A DNA stretch of 64,000 nt from an uncultured Alphaproteobacteria bacterium (GCA_963761735.1 CAVXHQ010000003.1:212479-276478); one strand, 5' to 3'. Numbered from the stretch's first letter, positions 48,222 to 59,200 are shown. The notes: generated by a model from the letters alone, not told the origin. Made by a program: numbers and translations.

Positions 48222-48251
48222 CCGCCCGGAAGGCTTCTTCCGGGCGGTTTT
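48222..48251 (+). terminator. intrinsic terminator after mdh
   Basis: CCGCCCGGAAG-gctt-CTTCCGGGCGG followed by TTTT. Confidence 0.7.
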
Positions 48252-48339
48252 CGTGTGTTTCATATCCCCTGGAACCCCTTCCGGCGGCGGCGGCGGTCGC
48301 ACATTGCGCCGTAACCGGTAATCCTCCGTCAGCAGACCG

Positions 48340-48370
48340 TTGACTGAACATTGTTCATGAACTATGTTCA
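48340..48370 (+). promoter_or_regulatory. near-consensus sigma70 promoter with two abutting TGAAC-N3-GTTCA palindromes in the spacer
   Basis: TTGACT (48340-48345), then N17, then TATGTT (48363-48368). TGAACATTGTTCA (48345-48357) and TGAACTATGTTCA (48358-48370). Confidence 0.55.
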
Positions 48371-48393
48371 TATCATCAGACAGGAGCTTTACC

Positions 48394-49647
48394 ATGACCC
48401 CCAGACCTTACCTCCCCTTCCTTGCCGCGGCCGTCGCGGGGCTGCCGATGTGGGCCGCCGCGGACGCGGCGACCCCCGGCGCCATCTCGACCGAAATCGG
48501 CGCCACCGGTCTTGCCGCGACGGGCGCGCGTCTTGCCGCACTGCCGGATCCCGACGCAACGGAGCGGTTCGCCCTTGGCGGCGTCCGGTTTCTGGGGGCG
48601 GTCGAACACGCCTTGCAGGTGCGCTATGCCACGGACATCACCGGCGCGCTGGCCGAGCAATCGGACCTGCCGATCCTGCGGCTGCCGCTGCCGCCGAACC
48701 CGGATGCAGTGCCGTTCACGCCGGAAGCCATCCCTGCATTGTTCGGCCAGATCGCCGACGACATGGGCATAGCCCTCGACGTTCTCGACACGATAACCGA
48801 CGATGACGAGGTTGGACTGGTGATCGACACAGGTGATTTATGGTTCGATATCAATGATAACGGCATCCGTGACACGGGCGAGGATGCGCTGGCGCTGGTC
48901 GATCTCCTCGCCGGGCAACCGGCGTTCGCGGACGACGGTACACGGATCATGCCCGGCGGTGCGTCGATCACCGTGCGCTTCGATACCTCGGACGCCGCGT
49001 GGCTGTCGGCCTATGCACACCTGCTGTCGGGCGTGTCGAAAACGGTGCTGGCGCTGAACCCTGCCGAGGCCATCGGCCGCGTTCTGGACGCCCGCGCCGC
49101 GATGGCCGCGCTGTCGCCATTGCCCGCCGAGGAGAACGGCTGGTTTTCGATGCGCGATGTCGCCGATTACGTCGATCTGGCGGCGATGTTTGTCATCGCC
49201 ATCGATCAGCAGCCGGACGTCGATCTTTCCCGCTCGGCCCACGCGCACTTTCTGGGCATGATCGAGGACAACCGCACCTTCTGGTACCGGGTTGCCGCCG
49301 AGACAGACGACACGATGGAATGGATTCCCAACAAGTCGCAGACGAGCGCGTTGCCGATCCCCTTTCCCGAAGACCTGGGACCGCGCTGGCAGGCCGTGCT
49401 GCGCGAGGCGGAAATGCTGCTCAACGGCGAGCTGCTGGTGCCGGTGTGGCGCCTCGGCGGCGACGCGGGCCTGAACGTCGCGGCGATGTTTCAGAACCCG
49501 CCGCCGCTGAACGTGATGGGGATGATACAAGGCGAGGTCCTCGTGCCGTACCTCGGGCAGGGTCCGCTGATCCGGGGCGACGCGCTGCGCCGGTTCGAAC
49601 AATTGGTCGGTGGCGACGCGGGGCTTTATATGGTCGTGCTGAACTAG
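48394..49647 (+). CDS. secreted protein of unknown function (417 aa)
   Basis: GGAG RBS, MTPRPYLPFLAAAVAGLPMWAAADA signal peptide, acidic Asp-rich middle region. No family recognised. Lies between mdh and sucC. Confidence 0.6.
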   Translation: MTPRPYLPFLAAAVAGLPMWAAADAATPGAISTEIGATGLAATGARLAALPDPDATERFALGGVRFLGAVEHALQVRYATDITGALAEQSDLPILRLPLPPNPDAVPFTPEAIPALFGQIADDMGIALDVLDTITDDDEVGLVIDTGDLWFDINDNGIRDTGEDALALVDLLAGQPAFADDGTRIMPGGASITVRFDTSDAAWLSAYAHLLSGVSKTVLALNPAEAIGRVLDARAAMAALSPLPAEENGWFSMRDVADYVDLAAMFVIAIDQQPDVDLSRSAHAHFLGMIEDNRTFWYRVAAETDDTMEWIPNKSQTSALPIPFPEDLGPRWQAVLREAEMLLNGELLVPVWRLGGDAGLNVAAMFQNPPPLNVMGMIQGEVLVPYLGQGPLIRGDALRRFEQLVGGDAGLYMVVLN

Positions 49648-49853
49648 GTCGCCGCAGGCGCCGCGAATCATCGGGCGTCCGCCACGTATCCGCAGCCTGT
49701 GATTTTGTGATCACACGCAAAAATAGTGTGATCACAAATTCCGTGAATCCTCCCGGTTGGCAATAAAGCCTCCGCTTGCCCCTCGCCCCCCGTTCGCGCG
49801 CATGTATAGTGGCGCCAACCGATCCCCATCCGCAACTGCAGGAAAACGGCGCC

Positions 49854-51047
49854 ATGAACATCCACGAATATCAGGCCAAGGCCCTTCTGCGCTCCTACGG
49901 CGCCCCGGTAAGCGACGGTCGTCCCGTCCTGCGCGCCGAAGACGCCAAGTCCGCCGCCGGAGAACTCGACGGGCCCCTGTGGGTCGTCAAGGCGCAAATC
50001 CATGCGGGCGGGCGCGGCAAGGGATCGTTCAAGGAGGGCGACGCGGGCGACAAGGGCGGCGTTCGCCTGACGAAATCCGTCGAAGAGGCCGCCGCCGAGG
50101 CCAAGAAGATGCTGGGCCGCACCCTCGTGACCAAGCAGACCGGCCCGGCGGGCAAGCAGGTCAACCGCATCTATATCGAGGACGGCGCGGGCATCGAGAC
50201 CGAGATGTACCTGGCCATCCTCGTGGACCGTCAGACCAGCCGGATCAGTTTCGTGGCCTCGACCGAGGGCGGCATGGACATCGAGGAAGTGGCGCATTCG
50301 ACACCCGAAAAGATCCACACCTTCGATGTCGATCCGGCCACCGGCTATCAGGCGTTCCACGGGCGCGGCATCGCGTTTTCGCTGGGCCTGAAAGGCGCGC
50401 AGGTCAAACAATGCGTCGGCCTGATGGGCACATTGTACAAGATGTTCGTCGAAAAAGACATGGAGATGCTGGAAATCAACCCGCTGATCGTCACCGACAA
50501 GGGCGATCTGAAATGCCTCGATGCCAAGATGAGCTTCGACGGCAACGCGATGTACCGCCATTCCGATATCGCCACCCTGCGCGACGAAACGGAAGAAGAC
50601 CCCAAGGAACTGGCAGCCAGCAAGTTCGACCTGAATTACATCGCCCTCGACGGCGAAATCGGCTGCATGGTCAACGGCGCGGGCCTTGCCATGGCGACCA
50701 TGGACATCATCAAGCTGTACGGCGCCGAGCCGGCCAATTTCCTCGACGTGGGCGGCGGCGCGACCAAGGAAAAGGTCACCGAGGCGTTCAAGATCATCAC
50801 CAGCGATCCGCAGGTGAAGGGCATCCTCGTGAACATCTTCGGCGGCATCATGCGCTGCGACGTGATCGCCGAGGGCGTCGTCGCCGCCGTCAAGGAAGTG
50901 GGCCTGAAGGTGCCGCTTGTCGTCCGCCTCGAGGGGACGAACGTCGACAAGGGCAAGGAAATCCTGAATTCATCGGGCCTCGATATCATCGCCGCCGACG
51001 ACCTGCGTGACGGAGCGGAAAAGATCGTCAAGGCAGTCAAGGGCTGA
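49854..51047 (+). CDS. sucC: succinyl-CoA synthetase beta subunit
   Basis: [12 protein letters not shown]..., [38 protein letters not shown]. Confidence 0.95.
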   Translation: MNIHEYQAKALLRSYGAPVSDGRPVLRAEDAKSAAGELDGPLWVVKAQIHAGGRGKGSFKEGDAGDKGGVRLTKSVEEAAAEAKKMLGRTLVTKQTGPAGKQVNRIYIEDGAGIETEMYLAILVDRQTSRISFVASTEGGMDIEEVAHSTPEKIHTFDVDPATGYQAFHGRGIAFSLGLKGAQVKQCVGLMGTLYKMFVEKDMEMLEINPLIVTDKGDLKCLDAKMSFDGNAMYRHSDIATLRDETEEDPKELAASKFDLNYIALDGEIGCMVNGAGLAMATMDIIKLYGAEPANFLDVGGGATKEKVTEAFKIITSDPQVKGILVNIFGGIMRCDVIAEGVVAAVKEVGLKVPLVVRLEGTNVDKGKEILNSSGLDIIAADDLRDGAEKIVKAVKG

Positions 51048-51052
51048 CAGAA

Positions 51053-51478
51053 ATGGGGGGCGGCGCGATGTTCAGGATGACAGGGCCGGTGATCGCAGCA
51101 CTGACCGTGATGATGGGTGCGCCCCCCGCCACCGCCCAGACATTCGAGGTGAGCCCGCGCGCGCCCGAGGCGGCACGGATCTTTCAGAAGATCTGTCTGG
51201 CCAACCGGACGCAGTTGTCGGCCGGCATCTCCGCCCTTGAAAAGCTGAATTTCATCTACGATCCGGGCGAGGATATCTGGTTTCACCCGACCTACGACAT
51301 GTCGTTCGCGATCCGCTCGCCCGACGACAGCACGCAATACTATTGCTCGATGGTCTGGTCGAGCGACGACCCCCTGCCCGTCAACGTCGCGGCGATCCGC
51401 GCCATTGCCGAGGATGCCGACACGCCCGATTTTTTCGGCACCGATCTGATGCGTACCCGCATTTCCGGCACCTTCTGA
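51053..51478 (+). CDS. small exported protein, paralog A (~130-141 aa)
   Basis: Signal peptide ...[18 protein letters not shown]. Shares F..(I/V)C(L/V)ANR..L...NFI...(F/Y)H.TYD(M/L)SF...C.M.W with the next ORF. The start is ambiguous: 51053, 51068 or 51077. Confidence 0.5.
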   Translation: MGGGAMFRMTGPVIAALTVMMGAPPATAQTFEVSPRAPEAARIFQKICLANRTQLSAGISALEKLNFIYDPGEDIWFHPTYDMSFAIRSPDDSTQYYCSMVWSSDDPLPVNVAAIRAIAEDADTPDFFGTDLMRTRISGTF

Positions 51479-51513
51479 AACACCGCCCGGCGCAACGATA
51501 CCAACGGAGACCG

Positions 51514-51942
51514 ATGCTCATGACCAAAATCGCCCTCGCCGCTCTCGGCGCCGCCGCCCTGCTTGTCCTGTCCGCCTGCGTGACGCCGACCGATCCCGAC
51601 GCAGGCCCCGGCACGACGCCGACGCCGCCGGGCACCGTCGCCAGCTTTTTCAATCAGGTCTGCGTCGCGAACCGCAACGATCTCGGTCAGGCGCCGCAGA
51701 CGATTGCGTCGATGAACTTTATCCTCAACACCACCGAAGGCCGCTATTACCACCGCACCTATGACCTGTCGTTCCGGTTCGCGCCGGTCGGTCGCGGCCA
51801 GACGGCCTGCGAAATGGGCTGGCGCAACAACGAGGCGTTCACCATCAACCGGCAGGCCGTCTGGTCCGTCGCCCCCGACGCCTTCGTGCCGATCGACGAA
51901 AGCATCAACTTCATGTTCGCGAGCATCACCGGCAACGGCTAG
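51514..51942 (+). CDS. lipoprotein, paralog B (142 aa)
   Basis: [29 protein letters not shown] lipobox. Paralogous to 51053..51478. Confidence 0.55.
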   Translation: MLMTKIALAALGAAALLVLSACVTPTDPDAGPGTTPTPPGTVASFFNQVCVANRNDLGQAPQTIASMNFILNTTEGRYYHRTYDLSFRFAPVGRGQTACEMGWRNNEAFTINRQAVWSVAPDAFVPIDESINFMFASITGNG

Positions 51943-52009
51943 CGCGCACCCCGAATCCCCGGACGCGGAACACCCGCACGACCATCACGACAAAAGGAAA
52001 TACCGCGAC

Positions 52010-52891
52010 ATGGCCATTCTCATCGACGAAAACACCCGCGTCATCTGTCAGGGGTTCACCGGATCTCAGGGCACGTTCCATTCGGAACAGGCCATCGCCT
52101 ATGGCACGAAAATGGTCGGCGGCGTGACACCGGGCAAGGGCGGTTCGACCCATCTGGACCTGCCGGTGTTCAACTCGTGCCACGAGGCGGTGGCGCAGAC
52201 GCAGGCAAACGCCAGCGTCATCTACGTGCCGCCACCCTTTGCCGCAGACAGTATCCTCGAGGCGATCGACGCCGACATTCCGCTGGTGATCTGCATCACC
52301 GAAGGCATCCCCGTCCTCGACATGATGCGGGTCAAACGGGCGCTCGAAGGATCGAAAACCCTGCTGATCGGACCGAACTGCCCCGGTGTGATCACGCCCG
52401 ACGCCTGCAAGATCGGGATCATGCCCGGCCACATTCACAAACGCGGCAGCGTGGGTGTCGTATCGCGGTCCGGCACCCTTACATACGAGGCTGTGAAACA
52501 GACATCCGATTCAGGGCTCGGCCAGTCAACGGCGGTGGGCATCGGCGGCGACCCGATCAAGGGGACCGACCATATCGACGTGCTGCGCATGTTCCTCGAC
52601 GACGACGAGACCCATTCGATGATCATGATCGGCGAGATCGGCGGATCCTCCGAGGAAGAGGCCGCCGAATTCCTCGCCGAGCAGAAAAAGAAAGGCCGCT
52701 GGAAGCCGACGGCAGGCTTTATCGCCGGGCGCACCGCCCCTCCGGGCCGCCGCATGGGACACGCGGGCGCCATCGTGGCGGGCGGCAAGGGCGACGCCGA
52801 AAGCAAGATCGAGGCGATGAAAAGCGCCGGGATCGTCGTCGCCGACAGCCCCGCATCGCTGGGCGAGGCCGTGTTGAAGGCCATCGGCTGA
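52010..52891 (+). CDS. sucD: succinyl-CoA synthetase alpha subunit
   Basis: [46 protein letters not shown] (catalytic His). Confidence 0.95.
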   Translation: MAILIDENTRVICQGFTGSQGTFHSEQAIAYGTKMVGGVTPGKGGSTHLDLPVFNSCHEAVAQTQANASVIYVPPPFAADSILEAIDADIPLVICITEGIPVLDMMRVKRALEGSKTLLIGPNCPGVITPDACKIGIMPGHIHKRGSVGVVSRSGTLTYEAVKQTSDSGLGQSTAVGIGGDPIKGTDHIDVLRMFLDDDETHSMIMIGEIGGSSEEEAAEFLAEQKKKGRWKPTAGFIAGRTAPPGRRMGHAGAIVAGGKGDAESKIEAMKSAGIVVADSPASLGEAVLKAIG

Positions 52892-52988
52892 TGGCCCCGG
52901 CGGATACGGGGCCTGCGGGCGAGAGAGTGGCGCCGTCACGACACGCTTTTCGCGCCGTATCCGCACTTTTTCGCGACAGGGGACCGAG

Positions 52989-53435
52989 ATGACCCGTAAC
53001 CCGCTGATGGCCGCAATCGGCGCCACCTATAATGCGTTCGATTTCCTCACGCCCACGCCCCGGCTCCCCTTCGCCGTCACGATGCTGAAATTCGCGGCCG
53101 CCTTTCTCGCGGGCTGGCTCATTCAGCTCTCGGGCCTGCTTTCGCCGGGGATCGTACGCGGAAACGAGGTCCTCGTGGCCCTGCTCGTCGTGCTGTTCCT
53201 GCCGGTCGTCGCGGCCCTTACCCGGCGGCTCACCGATGCGCGGATGCCGCTGATCCTGTCGGTTCTGCCACTGCTGTTGCTGGGGGCCGCGTCGGCGTCG
53301 ACGGTGATGTTCGACTGGCCGATGGGCACCACGATCCTGCGGTGGGCCGCTCTTGTCGCCGCCTTGGCGCTGGGTGCCGCCCTGTGCATGCCCGGCCGCG
53401 CCGCGCCGCAACTGGCGCGCAGCGCCTCGGGCTAG
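52989..53435 (+). CDS. inner-membrane protein (148 aa), possibly DUF805-like
   Basis: AGGGGA RBS. Four hydrophobic helices. The RRLTDARMP segment resembles the DUF805 RRLHD motif, so the assignment is tentative. Confidence 0.45.
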   Translation: MTRNPLMAAIGATYNAFDFLTPTPRLPFAVTMLKFAAAFLAGWLIQLSGLLSPGIVRGNEVLVALLVVLFLPVVAALTRRLTDARMPLILSVLPLLLLGAASASTVMFDWPMGTTILRWAALVAALALGAALCMPGRAAPQLARSASG

Positions 53436-53515
53436 GGCCGTCGTCCTTTCAATCTTTCGACAACCATCTTCCACCATATCTGATCCGCCGCCGACCGCCG
53501 CCAAAGGAACCCGCC

Positions 53516-56473
53516 ATGACCGATCAACCGTCCAACGACGTCTTTCACGCCTCGTCCTTTCTGCAGGGGCACAACGCCGATTACATCGAGCAGTTGCACG
53601 CCCGCTATGCCGACGATCCGGGTGCCGTGGATGAAAGCTGGCGCGCGTTCTTTGCCGATCTGGGCGACAGTGCCGACGAGGCGCGCGAAGAGGCCGCCGG
53701 GCCGTCATGGGCGCGCGCCGACTGGCCGCCCGCCGCGGACGACGACCTGACCGCGGCACTCGACGGGCAATGGCCCGCCGATCCTGCCGGTGCGGGCACC
53801 AAGATTGCCGCCAGGGCCGCCGAAAAGGGCGTGTCGCTCAGCGCGGCGCAGGTGCGTCAGGCGACGCTGGATTCGCTCCGCGCGCTGATGATTATCCGCG
53901 CCTACCGGATCCGGGGCCACCTCGTCGCCGACCTCGATCCGCTGAACATGCGCGAGACGAAGCTGCACCCCGAACTGGACCCCGAATCCTACGGATTCAC
54001 GGTCGCCGACATGGATCGCAAGATCTATATCGACAACGTCCTCGGCCTTGAAATGGCGACGATGACCGAGATCATCGACATCGTGCGCCGCACCTATTGC
54101 GGCACTTTCGCCCTGCAATACATGCACATATCCAATCCCGAAGAGGCCGGATGGCTGAAGGAGCGGATCGAGGGCTACGGCAAGGAAATCGCCTTCTCGA
54201 AAGAGGGCCGCCGGGCGATTTTGAACAAGCTGGTCGAGGCCGAGGGTTTCGAGAAATTCCTGCACGTCAAGTACATGGGCACCAAGCGGTTCGGCCTCGA
54301 CGGCGGCGAAAGCCTGATCCCCGCGATGGAGCAGATCATCAAGCGCGGCGGTGCACTGGGCGTCAAGGACGTGGTGATCGGGATGCCGCACCGGGGCCGC
54401 CTGTCGGTGCTGGCGAACGTCATGCAAAAGCCCTACCGCGCCATTTTCAACGAATTTCAGGGCGGGAGTTTCAAGCCCGAGGACGTCGACGGATCGGGCG
54501 ACGTGAAATACCATCTCGGCGCCTCGTCGGACCGGGTGTTCGACGACAACGAAGTGCACCTGTCGCTGACAGCCAACCCCTCCCACCTCGAGGCGGTGAA
54601 CCCCGTCGTCATGGGCAAGGTCCGCGCCAAGCAGGACCACAGCTACGACAAGGACCGGACCCGCGCGCTGGCGATCCTGCTGCACGGCGACGCGGCCTTT
54701 GCGGGACAGGGCGTCGTGGCCGAGGGGTTCGGCCTGTCGGGCCTCGTCGGGCACCGCACCGGCGGCACGATCCACATCATCGTCAACAACCAGATCGGCT
54801 TTACCACGGCGCCGTCGTTCTCGCGCAGCAGCCCGTACCCCACCGACATCGCCCTGATGGTCGAGGCGCCGATATTCCACGTCAACGGCGACGACCCCGA
54901 GGCCGTGGTCCATGCCGCCAAGGTCGCGACCGAGTTTCGCCAGAAGTTCGGCAAGGACGTCGTCATCGACATCATCTGCTATCGCCGGTTCGGCCATAAC
55001 GAAGGCGACGAACCGATGTTCACCAACCCGGCGATGTACCAGAAGATCAAGAAACAGAAGACGACGCTGACCCTGTATACCGAACGCCTCGTGCGCGACG
55101 GACTGATCCCCGAAGGCGAGATCGAGGACATGAAGGAGGCGTTCCAGAAACAGTTGGGCGAGGAATTCGACGCTGGCAAGAACTATAAACCCAACAAGGC
55201 AGACTGGCTCGACGGGCGCTGGTCGCACCTCGATCGTCGCGAGGCCGAGAAATATCAGCGCGGGCAAACCGCGATCCCCGAAGAGACGATGCAGGAAATC
55301 GGCACGGCGCTGACGACGGCGCCCGACGGGTTCAACCTGCACCGCACGATCAGCCGCCTGATGGATGCCAAGGGCGAGATGTTCAAATCGGGCACCGGCT
55401 TCGACTGGGCCACGGCAGAGGCCCTCGCCTTCGCGTCGCTCTGCACGGAAAACTATCACGTCCGCCTGTCCGGTCAGGACAGCGCCCGCGGCACGTTCAG
55501 CCAGCGGCATTCGGCGTTCATCGATCAGCAGACCGAGGACCGGTATTACCCGATCAATCACGTCCGCGAAGGCCAGGCACAGTACGAGGTCATCGATTCG
55601 ATGCTTTCGGAATATGCCGTCCTCGGGTTCGAGTACGGCTATAGCCTCGCCGAACCCAATGCACTGGTCCTGTGGGAGGCGCAGTTCGGCGATTTCGCCA
55701 ACGGCGCGCAGATCATGTTCGACCAGTTCATCTCGTCGGGCGAGGCGAAATGGCTGCGGATGTCGGGCCTCGTCTGCCTGCTGCCGCATGGCTACGAGGG
55801 TCAGGGGCCCGAGCATTCGTCCGCGCGTCTGGAACGGTTTCTGACGATGTGCGGCGGCGACAACTGGATCGTGGCCAACTGCACGACACCCGCCAACTAT
55901 TTCCATATCCTGCGGCGCCAGTTGCACCGCACCTTCCGCAAACCCCTCATCCTGATGACGCCGAAATCGCTGTTGCGGCACAAGATGGCCGTGTCGGACG
56001 CCGAAGATTTCACCACCGGATCGTCGTTCCACCGGGTGTTGTGGGACGATGCGCAAAAGGGCCATTCGGACACCGAACTGGTTGCCGATGACAAGATCAG
56101 GCGTGTCGTGATGTGCTCGGGCAAGGTGTACTACGACCTGCTCGAGGCGCGGGACGCGGCGGGCATCGACGACGTGTATCTCTTGCGGTTCGAACAGTTC
56201 TATCCGTTCCCGGCGCAGTCGGCGGTCAAGGAACTCGAACGGTTCAAGGGCGCCGACATGGTCTGGTGCCAGGAAGAGCCGAAGAACCAGGGCGCATGGT
56301 CGTTCATCGAGCCGAACCTCGAATGGGTGCTGAGCCGGATCGACGCCAAATCGAAACGCCCGGTCTACGCCGGTCGCGCCGCCGCCGCCTCGCCCGCCAC
56401 GGGTCTGGCAAGCCAGCACAAAGCACAACAAGCAGCGCTCGTGAACGACGCGCTGAACATCAAGGGAAACTGA
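53516..56473 (+). CDS. sucA: 2-oxoglutarate dehydrogenase E1 component
   Basis: 985 aa. [66 protein letters not shown]. Confidence 0.95.
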   Translation: MTDQPSNDVFHASSFLQGHNADYIEQLHARYADDPGAVDESWRAFFADLGDSADEAREEAAGPSWARADWPPAADDDLTAALDGQWPADPAGAGTKIAARAAEKGVSLSAAQVRQATLDSLRALMIIRAYRIRGHLVADLDPLNMRETKLHPELDPESYGFTVADMDRKIYIDNVLGLEMATMTEIIDIVRRTYCGTFALQYMHISNPEEAGWLKERIEGYGKEIAFSKEGRRAILNKLVEAEGFEKFLHVKYMGTKRFGLDGGESLIPAMEQIIKRGGALGVKDVVIGMPHRGRLSVLANVMQKPYRAIFNEFQGGSFKPEDVDGSGDVKYHLGASSDRVFDDNEVHLSLTANPSHLEAVNPVVMGKVRAKQDHSYDKDRTRALAILLHGDAAFAGQGVVAEGFGLSGLVGHRTGGTIHIIVNNQIGFTTAPSFSRSSPYPTDIALMVEAPIFHVNGDDPEAVVHAAKVATEFRQKFGKDVVIDIICYRRFGHNEGDEPMFTNPAMYQKIKKQKTTLTLYTERLVRDGLIPEGEIEDMKEAFQKQLGEEFDAGKNYKPNKADWLDGRWSHLDRREAEKYQRGQTAIPEETMQEIGTALTTAPDGFNLHRTISRLMDAKGEMFKSGTGFDWATAEALAFASLCTENYHVRLSGQDSARGTFSQRHSAFIDQQTEDRYYPINHVREGQAQYEVIDSMLSEYAVLGFEYGYSLAEPNALVLWEAQFGDFANGAQIMFDQFISSGEAKWLRMSGLVCLLPHGYEGQGPEHSSARLERFLTMCGGDNWIVANCTTPANYFHILRRQLHRTFRKPLILMTPKSLLRHKMAVSDAEDFTTGSSFHRVLWDDAQKGHSDTELVADDKIRRVVMCSGKVYYDLLEARDAAGIDDVYLLRFEQFYPFPAQSAVKELERFKGADMVWCQEEPKNQGAWSFIEPNLEWVLSRIDAKSKRPVYAGRAAAASPATGLASQHKAQQAALVNDALNIKGN

Positions 56474-56475
56474 TC

Positions 56476-57772
56476 ATGGCCACCGAAGTCCGCGTGCCGA
56501 CACTGGGCGAGAGCGTCACCGAAGCCACCGTCGCGACATGGTTCAAGAAACCCGGCGATGCCGTCGCCGTCGACGAGATGCTGTGCGAGCTCGAGACCGA
56601 CAAGGTCACCGTCGAGGTGCCGTCCCCCGTCGCCGGCACCCTGTCCGAGATCGTCGCCGCCGAGGGCGATACCGTCGGCGTCGACGCCCTTCTGGCACAG
56701 GTCAGCGAAGGCGATGCACCCGCCAAGAAGGACGGCGGCAGCGACAGCGCCGGCCCGGCGGGCGACGACAAGGGCACGCCGGAGGACGACGCCGACTATG
56801 GCTCGCCCAAGGACGAGGCGCCCAAGGCCGTCGATGCGGGCCCCGAAGAGATGAAACCCCGCGACCCCGACGACGCGCCGTCGGCGACCAAGATGATGGC
56901 CGACAAGGGCGTGTCGAAGGATGACGTGACGGGCACCGGCAAGGACGGCCGGGTGATGAAAGAGGACGTGCTGAAGGCGCTGTCCGACCCCAAGGACAAA
57001 AGCGGCGGCAAGGACGAGGTCCGGGCGCCCGACAGCCCCTCGCCCCGCGCGCCGGTATCCGCCGACGACGCCGATCGCGAAGAGCGGGTGAAGATGACGC
57101 GCCTGCGCAAGACCATCGCGCGCCGCCTCAAGGAGGCGCAGAACACCGCCGCGATGCTGACGACCTATAACGAGGTCGACATGGGCGCGGTCATGGATTT
57201 GCGCAGCGAATACAAGGACCTGTTCCTGAAAAAGCACGGCGTGAAGCTCGGGTTCATGTCGTTTTTCACCAAGGCCTGCGTCCATGCGCTGCGCGAGGTG
57301 CCCGACGTCAACGCCGAGATCGACGGCGACCACGTCGTCTACAAGGAATACGTGCACATGGGCGTCGCCGTGGGCACCCCCACCGGCCTCGTCGTGCCGG
57401 TGCTGCGCAATGCCGATCAGATGGGCTTTTCCGACATCGAAAAGGGCATCGGCGAGCTGGGCGTCAAGGCGCGCGACGGCAAGCTGTCGATGGCCGACAT
57501 GCAGGGCGGCACGTTCACCATCTCGAACGGCGGCGTCTACGGCTCGCTGATGTCGTCAGCCCATCCTCAACCCCCCGCAGTCCGGCATCCTCGGGATGCA
57601 CAAGATCCAGGACCGGCCCATGGTGGTCGGCGGCGAGATCGTGGTGCGCCCGATGATGTACCTGGCGCTGTCCTATGACCACCGGATCGTGGACGGCAAG
57701 GGGGCGGTGACGTTCCTCGTGCGGGTGAAGGAGGCGCTGGAGGATCCAAGAAGGCTGTTGATGGATTTGTGA
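56476..57772 (+). pseudogene. sucB: 2-oxoglutarate dehydrogenase E2 (dihydrolipoyllysine succinyltransferase) with a 1-nt insertion near the 3' end (probably a sequence error)
   Basis: Lipoyl domain (ELETDKV), PSBD, and catalytic domain to [10 protein letters not shown]. The conserved [20 protein letters not shown]...[17 protein letters not shown]...RLLMDL* continues in the +1 frame from 57560 to the TGA at 57770-57772. Confidence 0.9.
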
Positions 57773-57817
57773 GGGAATTGCAGTATTGCGGTATTTCAGG
57801 ATTCAGGGAAAGTCTGC

Positions 57818-58126
57818 ATGAAGCACATCAGTCTCGCGGCATTTTTTCTTTGCAGTCCGGTTCTGGCGCTGTCTCAAGAGTCGATTCAAGATACTTCTTG
57901 CCGGATTCTTGGCCAAATGGCTGCGGCGGTCATGGAAAAGAGACAAAACGGCGAACCGCTTTCGGCGCTGTTGGATATTCTGACCGACAGTGAACTGTCA
58001 CGAGCCGTTCGCTCAATGGCGTTGTTGGCATACGACCGGCCATTCTTCGATGTAACCGAACTCCAACTCCAAGCGATACGGGACTTTCGAAGAGACGTGG
58101 AATTCGAGTGCCTTAGTAGAAATTGA
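57818..58126 (+). CDS. small secreted protein (102 aa) in a low-G+C islet
   Basis: Signal peptide MKHISLAAFFLCSPVLALS-QE, AGGGAAAG RBS. No family recognised. Hand count gives about 50% G+C across 57781-58140. Confidence 0.5.
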   Translation: MKHISLAAFFLCSPVLALSQESIQDTSCRILGQMAAAVMEKRQNGEPLSALLDILTDSELSRAVRSMALLAYDRPFFDVTELQLQAIRDFRRDVEFECLSRN

Positions 58127-58156
58127 GACCTAGCCAGAGAACGTTGGAAATTCAGC

Positions 58157-58549
58157 ATGACCCCCGAACTCACCTACCTCGTCTGGTCCGTCGTCCTCCT
58201 CCTCGTGCACATCCTCGCACAGGCGACATGGTCGGACCTGTCCAAGGGCATCGGCTGGGCGCTTGGTCCGCAGGATGAGCCGCGCGATCCCGGCGTCGGC
58301 GCGGCGCGGATGGAGCGGGCACTGGCGAATTACCTGCAAACCTATCCCGCCTTCATCGCGCTGGTCCTGAGCGCGCAGACCCTGCCGAACCTCGCCACCA
58401 CCACCGTCGGTCTCGGCGCCGCGATCTGGTTCTGGGCGCGGGTCGCCTATGTGCCGGCCTATGTTTCGGGGATACCGCTGGTGCGGTCCCTCGCCTGGTT
58501 CGCCTCGCTCGTCGGTCTCGTCCTGATGCTCATCCCCTTGCTCCGGTAA
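58157..58549 (+). CDS. MAPEG family membrane protein
   Basis: 130 aa, 4 TM helices. R..RA..N..E..P.F and ARV.Y...Y..G.P..RS..W pattern. Confidence 0.7.
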   Translation: MTPELTYLVWSVVLLLVHILAQATWSDLSKGIGWALGPQDEPRDPGVGAARMERALANYLQTYPAFIALVLSAQTLPNLATTTVGLGAAIWFWARVAYVPAYVSGIPLVRSLAWFASLVGLVLMLIPLLR

Positions 58550-58553
58550 TCCC

Positions 58554-58793
58554 ATGCACCTCCTCCTCCACATCACCACCGCCGATTTCCCCGCCTGGAA
58601 AACCGCCTTCGACGCCGACGCCGAGGCGCACCGGCTTGCGGGTCTGACCGTCATGCAGGTCTGGCGCGATGCCGATACCACCGATGCCCATGTCCTGATG
58701 CAGGTCAACGACCGCGCCAAGGCCGAGGCCTGGGTAAAGACGGAAACCCGTCTGGGTACGCGGATCGACGCCACATACATGCGCACCGCGTGA
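58554..58793 (+). CDS. small cytoplasmic protein (79 aa), unknown function
   Basis: Starts 4 nt after the MAPEG stop. Its stop overlaps the next GTG start (GTGA 58790-58793). No TM helix or signal peptide. Confidence 0.45.
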   Translation: MHLLLHITTADFPAWKTAFDADAEAHRLAGLTVMQVWRDADTTDAHVLMQVNDRAKAEAWVKTETRLGTRIDATYMRTA

Positions 58794-59200
58794 CGACCGA
58801 ACTCACCGTCCTCGCCCTCGCGGCCCTGCTGCAATGCGCGCAGTTCGTGGCGATGGCGGCGCTCGTCAACCTCGAGGTGGGGCCGGGCAAGACGATGTCG
58901 CCGCGCGACGCGGGCCGGCCCGGCGGCCAGATTGCCGATCTGGTAAGCCCGCGCACGGGCCGTCTGATCCGCGCGTTGAACAACCATTTCGAGGCGCTGA
59001 TCCTGTTCACCATCGCCGTCACCGTCCTCACGCTTGCGGACAAATCCACCGGCCTGTCGGGCATCCTCGCCTGGGTCTACCTGGGTGCCCGCGTGCTCTA
59101 TGTTCCGGCCTATTATTTCGGGCTGACGCCCTGGCGCTCGCTGATCTGGAGCGCGGGATGGGCCGCGACGGTGCTGATGATCCTGTCCGCCCTCGTCTGA
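58790..59200 (+). CDS. MAPEG family membrane protein (second copy)
   Basis: 136 aa. [14 protein letters not shown] and [19 protein letters not shown] pattern. GTG start. Confidence 0.7.
   Translation: MTTELTVLALAALLQCAQFVAMAALVNLEVGPGKTMSPRDAGRPGGQIADLVSPRTGRLIRALNNHFEALILFTIAVTVLTLADKSTGLSGILAWVYLGARVLYVPAYYFGLTPWRSLIWSAGWAATVLMILSALV

Noticed and set aside
48345-48370. The double palindrome, considered as a LexA/SOS box.
   Set aside because: Half-site geometry is GAAC-N3-GTTC, with GTTC repeats 9 nt apart. It does not match GTTC-N7-GTTC (alphaproteobacteria) or GAAC-N4-GTTC (Cheo box). The downstream gene is not a DNA-repair function.
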